Below are positions 18,890 to 27,815 of a stretch of DNA of 64,000 bases, piece by piece. The stretch covers positions 5,024,001 through 5,088,000 of the forward strand of contig OY781964.1 in assembly GCA_963677485.1 (NCBI GenBank), written 5' to 3'. Within the stretch, counting starts at the first letter, position 1; every line of letters begins with the position of its first letter. The notes under the pieces are model-generated. The model was given only the letters and a program-made list of their open reading frames with translations. It was not told the origin of the DNA and did no database searches. A program made the position numbers and the translations under genes. Origin of the DNA: Armatimonadota bacterium (lineage in GTDB: Bacteria; Armatimonadota; HRBIN16).

Positions 18890-19558
18890 ATGTATGTGAT
18901 AGTAGTAGGCGGCGGTAATGTTGGGTTTTACCTGGCAAAAGCACTGATGGCCGCCAGGCACGAAGTCATGACCATTGAGTGTGACTCTACAAGATACAAT
19001 TTTCTCAAAGCAGAGCTCGGTGACCAGGTCATCCACGGCCGCGGCGATGAATACCGCGTGCTTGAGGAAGCTGGAGCAACACGCTGCGAGGTCGTTGTGG
19101 CATGCACAGGTGACGATGAAGACAACCTGATCATCTGCCAGATGGCCAAGAACTTCTTCGGTGTGATCCGCTCGCTTGCTAGAGTCAATGACCCAAGAAA
19201 CGAAGAAATCTTCCAGCAACTCGGGATTGACGCCGCTGTCAGTAGTACCCGGATCATTTACCAGCTCATTGAGCAGGAGATTTCCGTCGATGATATCATC
19301 CCTCTGGCGGCTCTGAAACGTGGTGATCTTGAGATCGTAGATATTGAGATCAGCGAGCAGTCACCGGTACTGGGTAAATCATTGTCTGACCTTAACCTTC
19401 CGGGCGAAGCACTGATCATCAGTGTGATTCGGAATGATGCTGCCATGCTGGCTCATGGAACAACACTGCTGCAACTGGGTGATAGCGTGATCGCTTTAGT
19501 CCGGCACAGCGTGGAGCAAGCCATCAGGGAGTTCTTTGCACCTGTATACATCGGGTAG
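18890..19558 (+). CDS. trkA: TrkA family protein (RCK_N plus RCK_C)
   Basis: VVGGGNVG, CTGDDEDN, ARVNDPRN; C-terminal SPVLGKSLSDL...GDSV. Confidence 0.88.
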   Translation: MYVIVVGGGNVGFYLAKALMAARHEVMTIECDSTRYNFLKAELGDQVIHGRGDEYRVLEEAGATRCEVVVACTGDDEDNLIICQMAKNFFGVIRSLARVNDPRNEEIFQQLGIDAAVSSTRIIYQLIEQEISVDDIIPLAALKRGDLEIVDIEISEQSPVLGKSLSDLNLPGEALIISVIRNDAAMLAHGTTLLQLGDSVIALVRHSVEQAIREFFAPVYIG

Positions 19559-19629
19559 GCTATTGATTCGTGTCATCGCATTCTGTCATACTTGGAATGC
19601 ATCAACGAAATAACCTGGGAGTGTGTAAT

Positions 19630-20130
19630 ATGGAGCCTCTGCTAATCATCCTTAGCATCGCTGCAATAGCGGCATTGGTGTACCTGATCAAAACATTGAT
19701 ATCAATAAGGCAGCTCGCATTAACTGCCGAGTTGAGAATCAGGCATACGACAGAACGACTCGAAAATTCACTTGATGGTGTTGATGTTCTGACTGCCAAT
19801 GCGACTGCCCTTGTCATGGAGCTGAACGACAAGCTGCCTGATGTATTACGTCGTACCGATGAGATGCTGGATCGGACCCAGAACGAGTTGATACCGGCAC
19901 TGCGCCACGCTAATGAAGCCACCGAAGCGCTCAGCGAAATGACCCATACCATCAGTGTGAGGGTCTCTTCGCTAGACAAGGTATTTTCCTGGCTGCAGGT
20001 AGCGAATTTGTTCAAAGCCAGTAGTAATCCTAAGACGAAACTGGGTATACTTGGTTCAGTAGTTCAAACGGCGGTTCAAATTGGGTTACCATGGTTTAAG
20101 GCGAAACAAAAAAACGCCAATGCCGAGTAA
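19630..20130 (+). CDS. Membrane-anchored coiled-coil protein (DUF948/YtxG-like)
   Basis: N-terminal TM helix then amphipathic helices; directly upstream of the YtxH-domain gene. Confidence 0.6.
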   Translation: MEPLLIILSIAAIAALVYLIKTLISIRQLALTAELRIRHTTERLENSLDGVDVLTANATALVMELNDKLPDVLRRTDEMLDRTQNELIPALRHANEATEALSEMTHTISVRVSSLDKVFSWLQVANLFKASSNPKTKLGILGSVVQTAVQIGLPWFKAKQKNANAE

Positions 20131-20170
20131 TATATACGAACCCTTCCAAACTAACCGGAGGTAATTGATC

Positions 20171-20479
20171 ATGAGTTCCCACGAAGACGATCGCAGCGTA
20201 TTAGTGAATATCCTGACCGGCATCGGAATCGGTGCTGTAGTAGGAGCGGTGGCCGGTATTCTACTCGCCCCAAAATCGGGATCCGAAACACGGGATTCCA
20301 TCTCGAAGTCCCTGGATTCGCTCAAAGAGTCTGTGGGTGAGTACGTCGCCAAAGCCGGTGAAGTGATTCCTCAGAAGATCAACGAGGTCGTCAAGGGTGT
20401 CAAAAAAGCCGGAGACGAACTCAAAGAAGAAACGAAGGAAGTTGTCGAAGCTGCCAACGAGCAGTTGGCCGAAGCTTAG
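20171..20479 (+). CDS. YtxH domain protein
   Basis: GAVVGAVAGILLAPKSGSETR signature; GGAGG RBS. Confidence 0.9.
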   Translation: MSSHEDDRSVLVNILTGIGIGAVVGAVAGILLAPKSGSETRDSISKSLDSLKESVGEYVAKAGEVIPQKINEVVKGVKKAGDELKEETKEVVEAANEQLAEA

Positions 20480-20483
20480 GACT

Positions 20484-20528
20484 GAAACCTGTATGGGGCT
20501 GGCTGGTGTTGAGCCCCATACAGGTTTC
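20484..20528 (+). terminator. Intrinsic terminator-like hairpin
   Basis: 17-bp inverted repeat GAAACCTGTATGGGGCT / AGCCCCATACAGGTTTC. Confidence 0.75.
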
Positions 20529-20538
20529 TTAATATTTG

Positions 20539-21726
20539 ATGAGACTAGTCCATCCTACGCGTCCTTTAAAAAAGAATAACTGGCGTTCCTCGCTGCTTAA
20601 AGTCATTTGCCTTCTATTTGGTGCCTACATCATCTGGAGAACCAGTCAGGCACTCTTGCCTATCTGCATTTGTTTCATCGTTGCCATGATGCTGGACGGC
20701 TTATTGACAAAATGGCAGAGATACGGCATCACACGCCTCATCGGCTCCACAATCATCGCCTCTTTATTGATACTCTTTGTCGTATTCTTGGTACTGGGAC
20801 TTGCTCCAACGCTCGTAGCCCAACTGTCTGGATTTATAGATAGCATACCTCGTTACAGTAATGAGATCAATTCGGTCATGATCCCATATGCTGAACGGTT
20901 CATGGATAGGCACCATGAATTGTTATCACGCATGCATCTACCTACCGATTTCCAAGTTATCATCGATCAAGCCTCTACATACACCAGCAATACCTTAAAG
21001 AACATCGCAGGCAATATATTCGTTTATCTATCGCAGGCAGCCAGTTTTTCACTTTGGCTGATCATCGGCCCCATCATTACCCTTTTCGCGTTAGGCGACA
21101 TGCCCTACATCCGCAGACGCATCCACCAAATGCTGCCATCACGACACTCTTCGACCATTATTCATATGATCGGTGCTATTGGTAAAGTATGGACCGGATA
21201 TATGAAGGGGATGTTCACTGTGTCGCTCATCTATGGCATCATCATCGCATGCATCGCTGCACTATTAGGTGTGTCCTACCCACTCGTCATCGGCTGTATG
21301 ACGGCCATACTGTATCTAGTTCCTTATATCGGGTTTATTACGGCGGCCATCATTGCGGGATCCCTGGCGTATTTGACTCCTGCCCACGAAGTGCTCTGGG
21401 CCTTTCATGTGGCTGACAGGAGCCTGCCGTTTACGGTGACTATGGTGGCCACTCTGTTCTTGATGAACTTTACATTTGATCAGGCCATCACCCCAAGGAT
21501 TGCTGGAGAGAGTGCCGGTTTACGCCCCTTCGCCAGCGTCGTGGCCATGATACTGGGGGCCAGCCTGCTGGGAGTATGGGGGATGATCATCGCCATTCCT
21601 GTGGCAGCCAGCGGATGGATACTGCTCACTACGCTGTTCCCAAACCTGGCGGCCCCCGCTACTGAGCGGAAATCGCCAAAGAATCAAACCCAACGGAAGT
21701 CAAAGACTACACCAGTGCTTCGCTAG
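20539..21726 (+). CDS. AI-2E family transporter
   Basis: Multi-TM protein; LYLVPYIG, ITPRIAGESAGL, LGVWGMIIAIP. Confidence 0.88.
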   Translation: MRLVHPTRPLKKNNWRSSLLKVICLLFGAYIIWRTSQALLPICICFIVAMMLDGLLTKWQRYGITRLIGSTIIASLLILFVVFLVLGLAPTLVAQLSGFIDSIPRYSNEINSVMIPYAERFMDRHHELLSRMHLPTDFQVIIDQASTYTSNTLKNIAGNIFVYLSQAASFSLWLIIGPIITLFALGDMPYIRRRIHQMLPSRHSSTIIHMIGAIGKVWTGYMKGMFTVSLIYGIIIACIAALLGVSYPLVIGCMTAILYLVPYIGFITAAIIAGSLAYLTPAHEVLWAFHVADRSLPFTVTMVATLFLMNFTFDQAITPRIAGESAGLRPFASVVAMILGASLLGVWGMIIAIPVAASGWILLTTLFPNLAAPATERKSPKNQTQRKSKTTPVLR

Positions 21727-22696
21727 CAATCGCATCGAAGCTTAAATCATCTGCGCCTTTATCCAAGTACTGCCTGTATCCGGCAACAGCGATCATAGCC
21801 GCATTGTCAGTACACATGATCGGGCGAGGAACCACAACATGGATACCACGTTGATGCCCCTCCTCGATCAACCGCTCTTTCAGCCGACTGTTAGCGGCCA
21901 CGCCCCCACACACACCAAACCTCTTGCAGCCCGTGCGGAAGCAAGCCTCCATGCTCTTGGATACTAGAACATCCACCACCGCTTCACGGAAACTGGCCGC
22001 ATAGTCAGCCTGGGAGATTTCGGTTCCTGACTTTTGGAGCTCCCGAAGCAGGGCCGTCTTCAACCCGCTAAAGCTGAAATCCAGACTGTCTTCCAACTTG
22101 GCCCGCGGTAGTTTGATCCGCTTAGGATCTCCGGTCGCGGCACATCGGTCGATGACCGGTCCACCCGGATATCCCAGGTTAAGTAAACGAGCCGCCTTGT
22201 CGAAGGCTTCACCCGCCGCATCATCGCGTGTACGCCCTAACGGAACTCGCTCGCTCCAGCTCTTCACCAGATGCAGTTCAGTGTGCCCACCAGACACCAC
22301 CAGACAGACAAAAGGGAACTCTACCGGCTCAGCGATGTCCACAGCGGCGATATGACCTGTGAGGTGGTGTACGGCGACGATTGGCTTACGTAACTGCCAG
22401 GCCAGTGTCTTGGCGGCGGTCACCCCTACCATCAAGGCACCGATGAGCCCTGGCCGGTTGGTGACAGCGATCAGATCGATGTCAGACAACCCGCATTTCG
22501 CTTCCACTAGAGCTTCAGTAAGCAGCAGTGTGAATTTCTCAGCGTGTTTACGCGCGGCGATTTCAGGCACCACGCCCCCCGTGAGGGCATGGATATCGAT
22601 TTGGGAGGAGATGAGGTTGGCCTCTATCTGACGGCCGTCATTCACGATGGCGATGGAGGTGTCGTCGCAGCTACTTTCAATTCCTAAAACGCGCAT
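21707..22696 (-). CDS. tsaD: tRNA threonylcarbamoyltransferase subunit TsaD
   Basis: LGIESSCDDT, GGVVPEIAARKH, VSGGHT, DDAAGEAFDK, FSFSGLKT, CTDNAAMIA. Confidence 0.97.
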   Translation of the reverse strand: MRVLGIESSCDDTSIAIVNDGRQIEANLISSQIDIHALTGGVVPEIAARKHAEKFTLLLTEALVEAKCGLSDIDLIAVTNRPGLIGALMVGVTAAKTLAWQLRKPIVAVHHLTGHIAAVDIAEPVEFPFVCLVVSGGHTELHLVKSWSERVPLGRTRDDAAGEAFDKAARLLNLGYPGGPVIDRCAATGDPKRIKLPRAKLEDSLDFSFSGLKTALLRELQKSGTEISQADYAASFREAVVDVLVSKSMEACFRTGCKRFGVCGGVAANSRLKERLIEEGHQRGIHVVVPRPIMCTDNAAMIAVAGYRQYLDKGADDLSFDAIASEALV

Positions 22697-22720
22697 GATA
22701 TCAGCACAGTGCCCCTTATT

Positions 22721-23188
22721 TCATGTTGCAGTGAGGTTACGGTTCCACATGATCAAGGCATCTTCTCCGTTATCATCATAATACCCTTTACGTATGCCTT
22801 CTGACACAAACCCCAGCTTTTCGTAGAGTTTGACCGCTGAGTTATTAGTGGTCCTGACCTCGAGTGTTGCAGCGGTCGCGCCAAGGCGTACGGCATCATC
22901 CATCAAGTGGTTTAGCAGCAACCATCCTACACCCTGCCCGCGATGTCCAGCGCAGACGGCCAAACGGTTAACTGTCGCCTCATCGAATATCAGCCACATG
23001 CCAGCAAACCCAATGACCGTACCTTGATATTCGGCCACGTAATAATGGGCATTATTGTGTCGAAGCTCCCCTGCATACGAAGATTCTGACCATGCGGTGG
23101 TAAAGCACTCACTGTCAAGACGCGACACGACTGCTATATCAGCGGGAACCATATGACGAACGGTGATGATAGGAGGTTGTGAGTCCAC
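22721..23188 (-). CDS. rimI: Ribosomal protein S18 alanine N-acetyltransferase
   Basis: RGQGVG, TLEVRTTN, LYEKLGF, RKGYY, EDALIM; next to tsaD. Confidence 0.92.
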   Translation of the reverse strand: MDSQPPIITVRHMVPADIAVVSRLDSECFTTAWSESSYAGELRHNNAHYYVAEYQGTVIGFAGMWLIFDEATVNRLAVCAGHRGQGVGWLLLNHLMDDAVRLGATAATLEVRTTNNSAVKLYEKLGFVSEGIRKGYYDDNGEDALIMWNRNLTAT

Positions 23189-23246
23189 AGTTAGATTCTA
23201 CCGCAACAGCGGGGATGAGCCTAAACTCATCCCCATGACATTGAGG

Positions 23247-24563
23247 TTAACGCTCGATGACATTGGCCACTGTAGAGAAATGGGCCGGATTTTGAGATAT
23301 CTGCTGATACACATCGGCATACCAGCCCACGTATTTTCCGGCTGGTACAGGTATAGAGGCCTCAAACTTGCCAGATTTGCTGACAGCCTCGGCCACAACG
23401 AACTTCGCCTGACGGAAATCCCGGATCGGACTGACAGCAACCCAAACCTCAACCTTACCAGCAGGCCCAGTTGTGGTTCCAGCGATGGTCAGCTTGTTTC
23501 CAACCATTCGGCCCTTAGCTGAAATGTCTGCCAGCGCTAAACCGTCAGATACACTCTTGTAGAAGCCAGATATCGTGCGTAATACCCTCTCGCGATCATC
23601 CAGGCCATGACCCGAATTCGGTGCGTAGATAATCCGCTTAGTACCGCTCAGCTTGTTGAAGTAAAGTGAAGCACTATCGAATACCCAGTATGGATCATTA
23701 GAGCCGTTCACGATTAGCTTGGGCATCGTATACCTCTTGCGGTAGTTGAACGGATCTACAATCTCGACAAGGGTTTTGCCCTTGTCGGTAGTCAGCAGAT
23801 CAATCAGACCAAGTTTGGTATAGGCTTCAATCTGCACGCTTTCCTTGCCGTAACTAGATTTCTGTAATGCCATCTGCCGCGGAAGGTCCAGGTTGTCGTA
23901 TACCATAGGTGCGATCGCAGCCACGCGGTCGTCCACAGCTGCTGTCAGCCAAGTCGTCCAGCCGCGTTTACTGCCGCCGGTGACCAGGAACTTTTCGATC
24001 CCCATCCCCCACTGCTGTTTAGCGGCGGCCTGTGCGGCTGTCATCGCGCATACCGCCGACTTTGTCATAGGGATCAGCAGCGGCCACTCTTCGTTCTTGG
24101 TCTGGTCGTATTTCTGGAAAGTCATGGCGATCAGATCATCTTCTGTGAGTCCATCGTATAGGGGCTGGTTCGGGATACCACCCAGTGCCACCACCACTGC
24201 CTGTGAGTTGCGGGCCATCACAGCCATCATGATCCGCTCTGGATCCGAGATTTCTCCACCAGTAATATAAAGAACAGCGATCTTGGGGTTAGGCACCTCA
24301 GACGGACGGATCAGAACCACTTTATGTGTCCACGGCTTATCCATCCATACCTGCGATGTCATGTCCAGCTCCAGGAACTGGGTACCCAGGATTGTCTTTT
24401 CAGACGCCACACTCCACTTGAAATCCGGGTTTGGCTTCGAAATATAGCGGTCTAGTGCAGTTTGAGGGCTATTAGTCACCTGCTTGCTTCCAGCCTTGGC
24501 ACAGAATGCTTGCGTTGTGGAAAGCAGGATCGCGATACTGAGTGGTAAAATCCATCGGTTCAT
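23247..24563 (-). CDS. PqaA (PhoPQ-activated pathogenicity-related) family alpha/beta hydrolase
   Basis: EDDLIA, LIPMTKSAV, VTGGSKRGWTTWL, IVDPFNY, PNSGH; signal peptide. Confidence 0.88.
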   Translation of the reverse strand: MNRWILPLSIAILLSTTQAFCAKAGSKQVTNSPQTALDRYISKPNPDFKWSVASEKTILGTQFLELDMTSQVWMDKPWTHKVVLIRPSEVPNPKIAVLYITGGEISDPERIMMAVMARNSQAVVVALGGIPNQPLYDGLTEDDLIAMTFQKYDQTKNEEWPLLIPMTKSAVCAMTAAQAAAKQQWGMGIEKFLVTGGSKRGWTTWLTAAVDDRVAAIAPMVYDNLDLPRQMALQKSSYGKESVQIEAYTKLGLIDLLTTDKGKTLVEIVDPFNYRKRYTMPKLIVNGSNDPYWVFDSASLYFNKLSGTKRIIYAPNSGHGLDDRERVLRTISGFYKSVSDGLALADISAKGRMVGNKLTIAGTTTGPAGKVEVWVAVSPIRDFRQAKFVVAEAVSKSGKFEASIPVPAGKYVGWYADVYQQISQNPAHFSTVANVIER

Positions 24564-24682
24564 CTAGGGCCCCTTTCGAATGGTTCGTTTCTAATATTAT
24601 GACCGAATTTGCCGTACAAGTGTGACTAGACACACGAGCTATACCAAAAGGCCAGTTCACCAATCAGGCTCCGGAATCTGCC

Positions 24683-24711
24683 TTGACAGCCCTTATTGAT
24701 AAGCGTATAAA
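24683..24711 (+). promoter_or_regulatory. Sigma70-type promoter
   Basis: TTGACA-N17-TATAAA upstream of the beta-helix/LamG gene. Confidence 0.6.
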
Positions 24712-24780
24712 CATATCTGAGCGTAACAGGAAGCAATTGATTCTCAACTCATGATACATGAGCACAGAAAGGTGATGTCG

Positions 24781-27597
24781 ATGAAAGCAACCATCAGATT
24801 TATGACGATCTTTGCGGCACTAGCACTCACAGCGATGGCACAGATGGCCTCGGCGACGGATTACTATGTCAGCCATTCGGCAGGCAATGACCGTATCGAC
24901 GGTCTGTCAGCGAAGCCCTCAGGAGTGCATGGGCCGTGGAAGACTCTTGCCAAAGCCTCGGAGGTTACATATCATCCTGGCGATCGCCTTTTGTTGAAAT
25001 GCGGCGATGTATGGAACGAAATGCTCACACTCAAGGGCAACGGTACGGCTGCGAACCCCATCACCGTAGCCTCCTACGGCGCCGGTGACAGGCCTTACAT
25101 CAAACGCAACCTAGGTAAGGATCAGGAGTGCATTCTCATCAATTTATCCGACGGCAATGCACGTAACTACACCTTCCGCGATCTGGAAATCGGCAACGCC
25201 CTGAACGGCGTTCATGTGCAGCTCAAGGCAAATGGCCAGACTGATAGTGGGGAGTATCGCTTTGAGAACTGTTTCTTCCACGACCTCAAAAACCCCACAT
25301 TCCCAAAGAATGCGGGAGCATGGGGCTGGGCACTTTTGTGGGATGGATCAGGCGCACCACGGGTCATCAGCATCGTGCATACCATTGGGTTGCGAACCCA
25401 AGGCTTTTTATGTAACTCGATGAAGGGAAAAGTGCTGCTCGACGGCGATACGATCTCCCACGGCAGCTTGAACCAGGTCTGCCAGACATACTCCACAGGC
25501 TTTGACATCACCAACTGTACATTCGTATATAACTACCCCTGGCTATATGACAAATGGGGCACCACCCAGGTGATGGCGGGAATCCTGAAGGGTGCGCCAG
25601 GAATACGCAACCATGTAGAGAACAACGAGTTCGGCTGGCCAGGTGACTACCCTGGATCGCCTGATGGATGCGGTTACGACTTTGAAGTCGGCACCGATGA
25701 CGTCACGTTCAAGAACAACTACGTGCATGACAGCTATGGAGAAGCCGTACTGTTCATGGGAAACACGATCCATAACGGCCTCGTGTTCGATAACAATGTC
25801 TTTCGTGGCAACGTTCGCTTTAGTCCGAGGTGGAGTTGTACCATCTCGCTGCCCATGAATGTGACTGGTAGCGGGACCTTCAACAACAACGTGTTCTACC
25901 TCTGGCCTGGCAAATCGGCGTTTGGCACCAAGGATCCACTCATGAAGCCAACCAGCTTTACCTACAAAAATAACAATGAACACCCCACCAAACCATTCGT
26001 GGCCATGCCGCTGGTGACTAAAATTGGCTACAACAACGGTTCTCGTGTATATACTTTGTCCTCTGCCACGCCTGGTGCGGTCATACGATACACCACGGAC
26101 GCCAGCCTGCCATCACCCTCCAGTCCGATCTACCGTAAGCCGATTGTAATGAAGCGGTCAGGTGTTTTGAATGCCAAGGCGTTCAAAAATGACAGTTATC
26201 CCAGCTATGTCAACTCGCTCGCTGTGGAACTGCGCAACCCGAAATCGAGCGCACCATCCGCGTGGTGGAAGCTGAATGAGAGCCGCGGCAAGACGGTTAA
26301 AGATTCAACGGGTAAGAGTAATGGGGTGCTCACTAACGCCGTATGGGCACCTGGTAAAGCCAGCGATGGATTGGCGTTCAACGGCAAGAACGCTTCGGTG
26401 AAACTGACCAACAGCAACCTATCCATAATATCCAACACCTTCACGATCGCCTTTTGGGCGAAACCCACGAAGAATCGAGCGGCCACACCAACGGCTGGCA
26501 GCGGGATAGGGCTGACAGGTACTGCTTGGTGGAAGATGAACGAGGGATCCGGCGAAAGCCTGGGCGATTCGGCAGGAGGAACGTTGGGAAGCCTCAGCGG
26601 ATGCAGCTGGACGAAGGGGAAATTCGGCAATGCGCTTCTCTTTAACGCCGACAAAGCCTCCGTTTCGCTTACCAACTACGGAACCGGGTTATCTTCGTGC
26701 TCCAATACCTTCAGCATCTCCTTCTGGGTGAATCCAGATGCTCCACGCGCGGTCACCCCAGAGGCGCGCACGGGCATCTCTGGACTGACTGGACAGCGAT
26801 ATGCTCTATACCCGCAGCAATATGGCGGCACAACCAACGAAGCCGGTGTTGGCCTCTCAGTTGGCACCAACGGCATCAGCGTATTCGAGCTAGCCGACAG
26901 TCATATGCCATCGCCGCTGGTATACGACCATACCATTACCGGTTGGAACTGTATCACTCTGGTCTACCGCGACAAGAAACCAAGCCTCTATATTAACGGC
27001 CAGCTCGTGAAGGAGGGGTTGAAGAGCAGCAAGACACTGCATCCGGCTTTTAGCCTTGGCGGCAGTACCGATAACTGGTATCAGGGTAAGCTCGATGACC
27101 TGCGCGTCTACCCCTATGCTCTCGCAGATGCCCAGATTAACGAGCTTGTGAACAAAGGCGAAGCGGCGATGCTCCCATGGAGCGTTGGCACGAATGCCGG
27201 TACAAGTTGACTACCTTATGCTCTTGCTCCTGTGATGAGAGGAGGAGGAAAGAGCGTTCAAGATGCGGGTGTCGGCGTTGCGGTCGGCGTGAACGGCATC
27301 AGCGTTTGCGAATCCTCTGACGCCTACTTGCCCTCCGTGCTGGTCGATACTCTGCCGTTGAAAGGCTGGAACCATGTGGCGGTAGTCTATCAAGATGGAC
27401 AGCCAACCCTCTACCTTAACGGCGTCTTTGAGACCGTCGGTTGCCGCAGCGAGAAAGTGGTGCACCCCGTGTTCAACCTGGGGGGCGGCGGTACTCTGGG
27501 GTGGTATGGCGGTTATCTCGCCGATGTGCGAGTTTACAAAACGGCTCTCACAGATGCCGAGGTGCAGGAAGTCGCTTCAGTCAAGAATAGACACTGA
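24781..27597 (+). pseudogene. Secreted right-handed beta-helix + CHB_HEX_C/Fn3-associated + two LamG domains, interrupted by an in-frame TGA at 27208-27210 (nonsense mutation or recoding)
   Basis: TDYYVS...GPWKTL...GDRLLLKCG, DGCGYDFE, IRYTTDASLPS and LamG motifs. Track ORFs 24751..27210 and 27232..27597 are in one frame and homology continues through the stop. Confidence 0.75.
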
Positions 27598-27640
27598 AAT
27601 CCAGTAAAGCATTACCTGGGTAGATTAACTATAAAACATC

Positions 27641-27677
27641 GTCTGTTCCGAAGAAGAATCTAAGCTTCGGAACAGAC
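27641..27677 (+). terminator. Terminator-like hairpin
   Basis: GTCTGTTCCGAAG-N11-CTTCGGAACAGAC. Confidence 0.7.
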
Positions 27678-27815
27678 AATTGATTTTAGTGACGGGAAGT
27701 CCGGCCAGGACCAAGCCGGCTAAATACTTCGGTATCATAGACTTCATTAATCCGATGTTAATAGAGGCATCCTGTAGAATATACTTGAAACTGGAATACA
27801 AAGAGGTTCAATGCT

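Noticed and set aside
27208-27210. Genome-wide UGA reassignment (code 4 or 25)
   Set aside because: Many conserved genes end at TGA exactly where the next gene starts (murB, the nitrilase, the ABC ATPase), so UGA is a normal stop.
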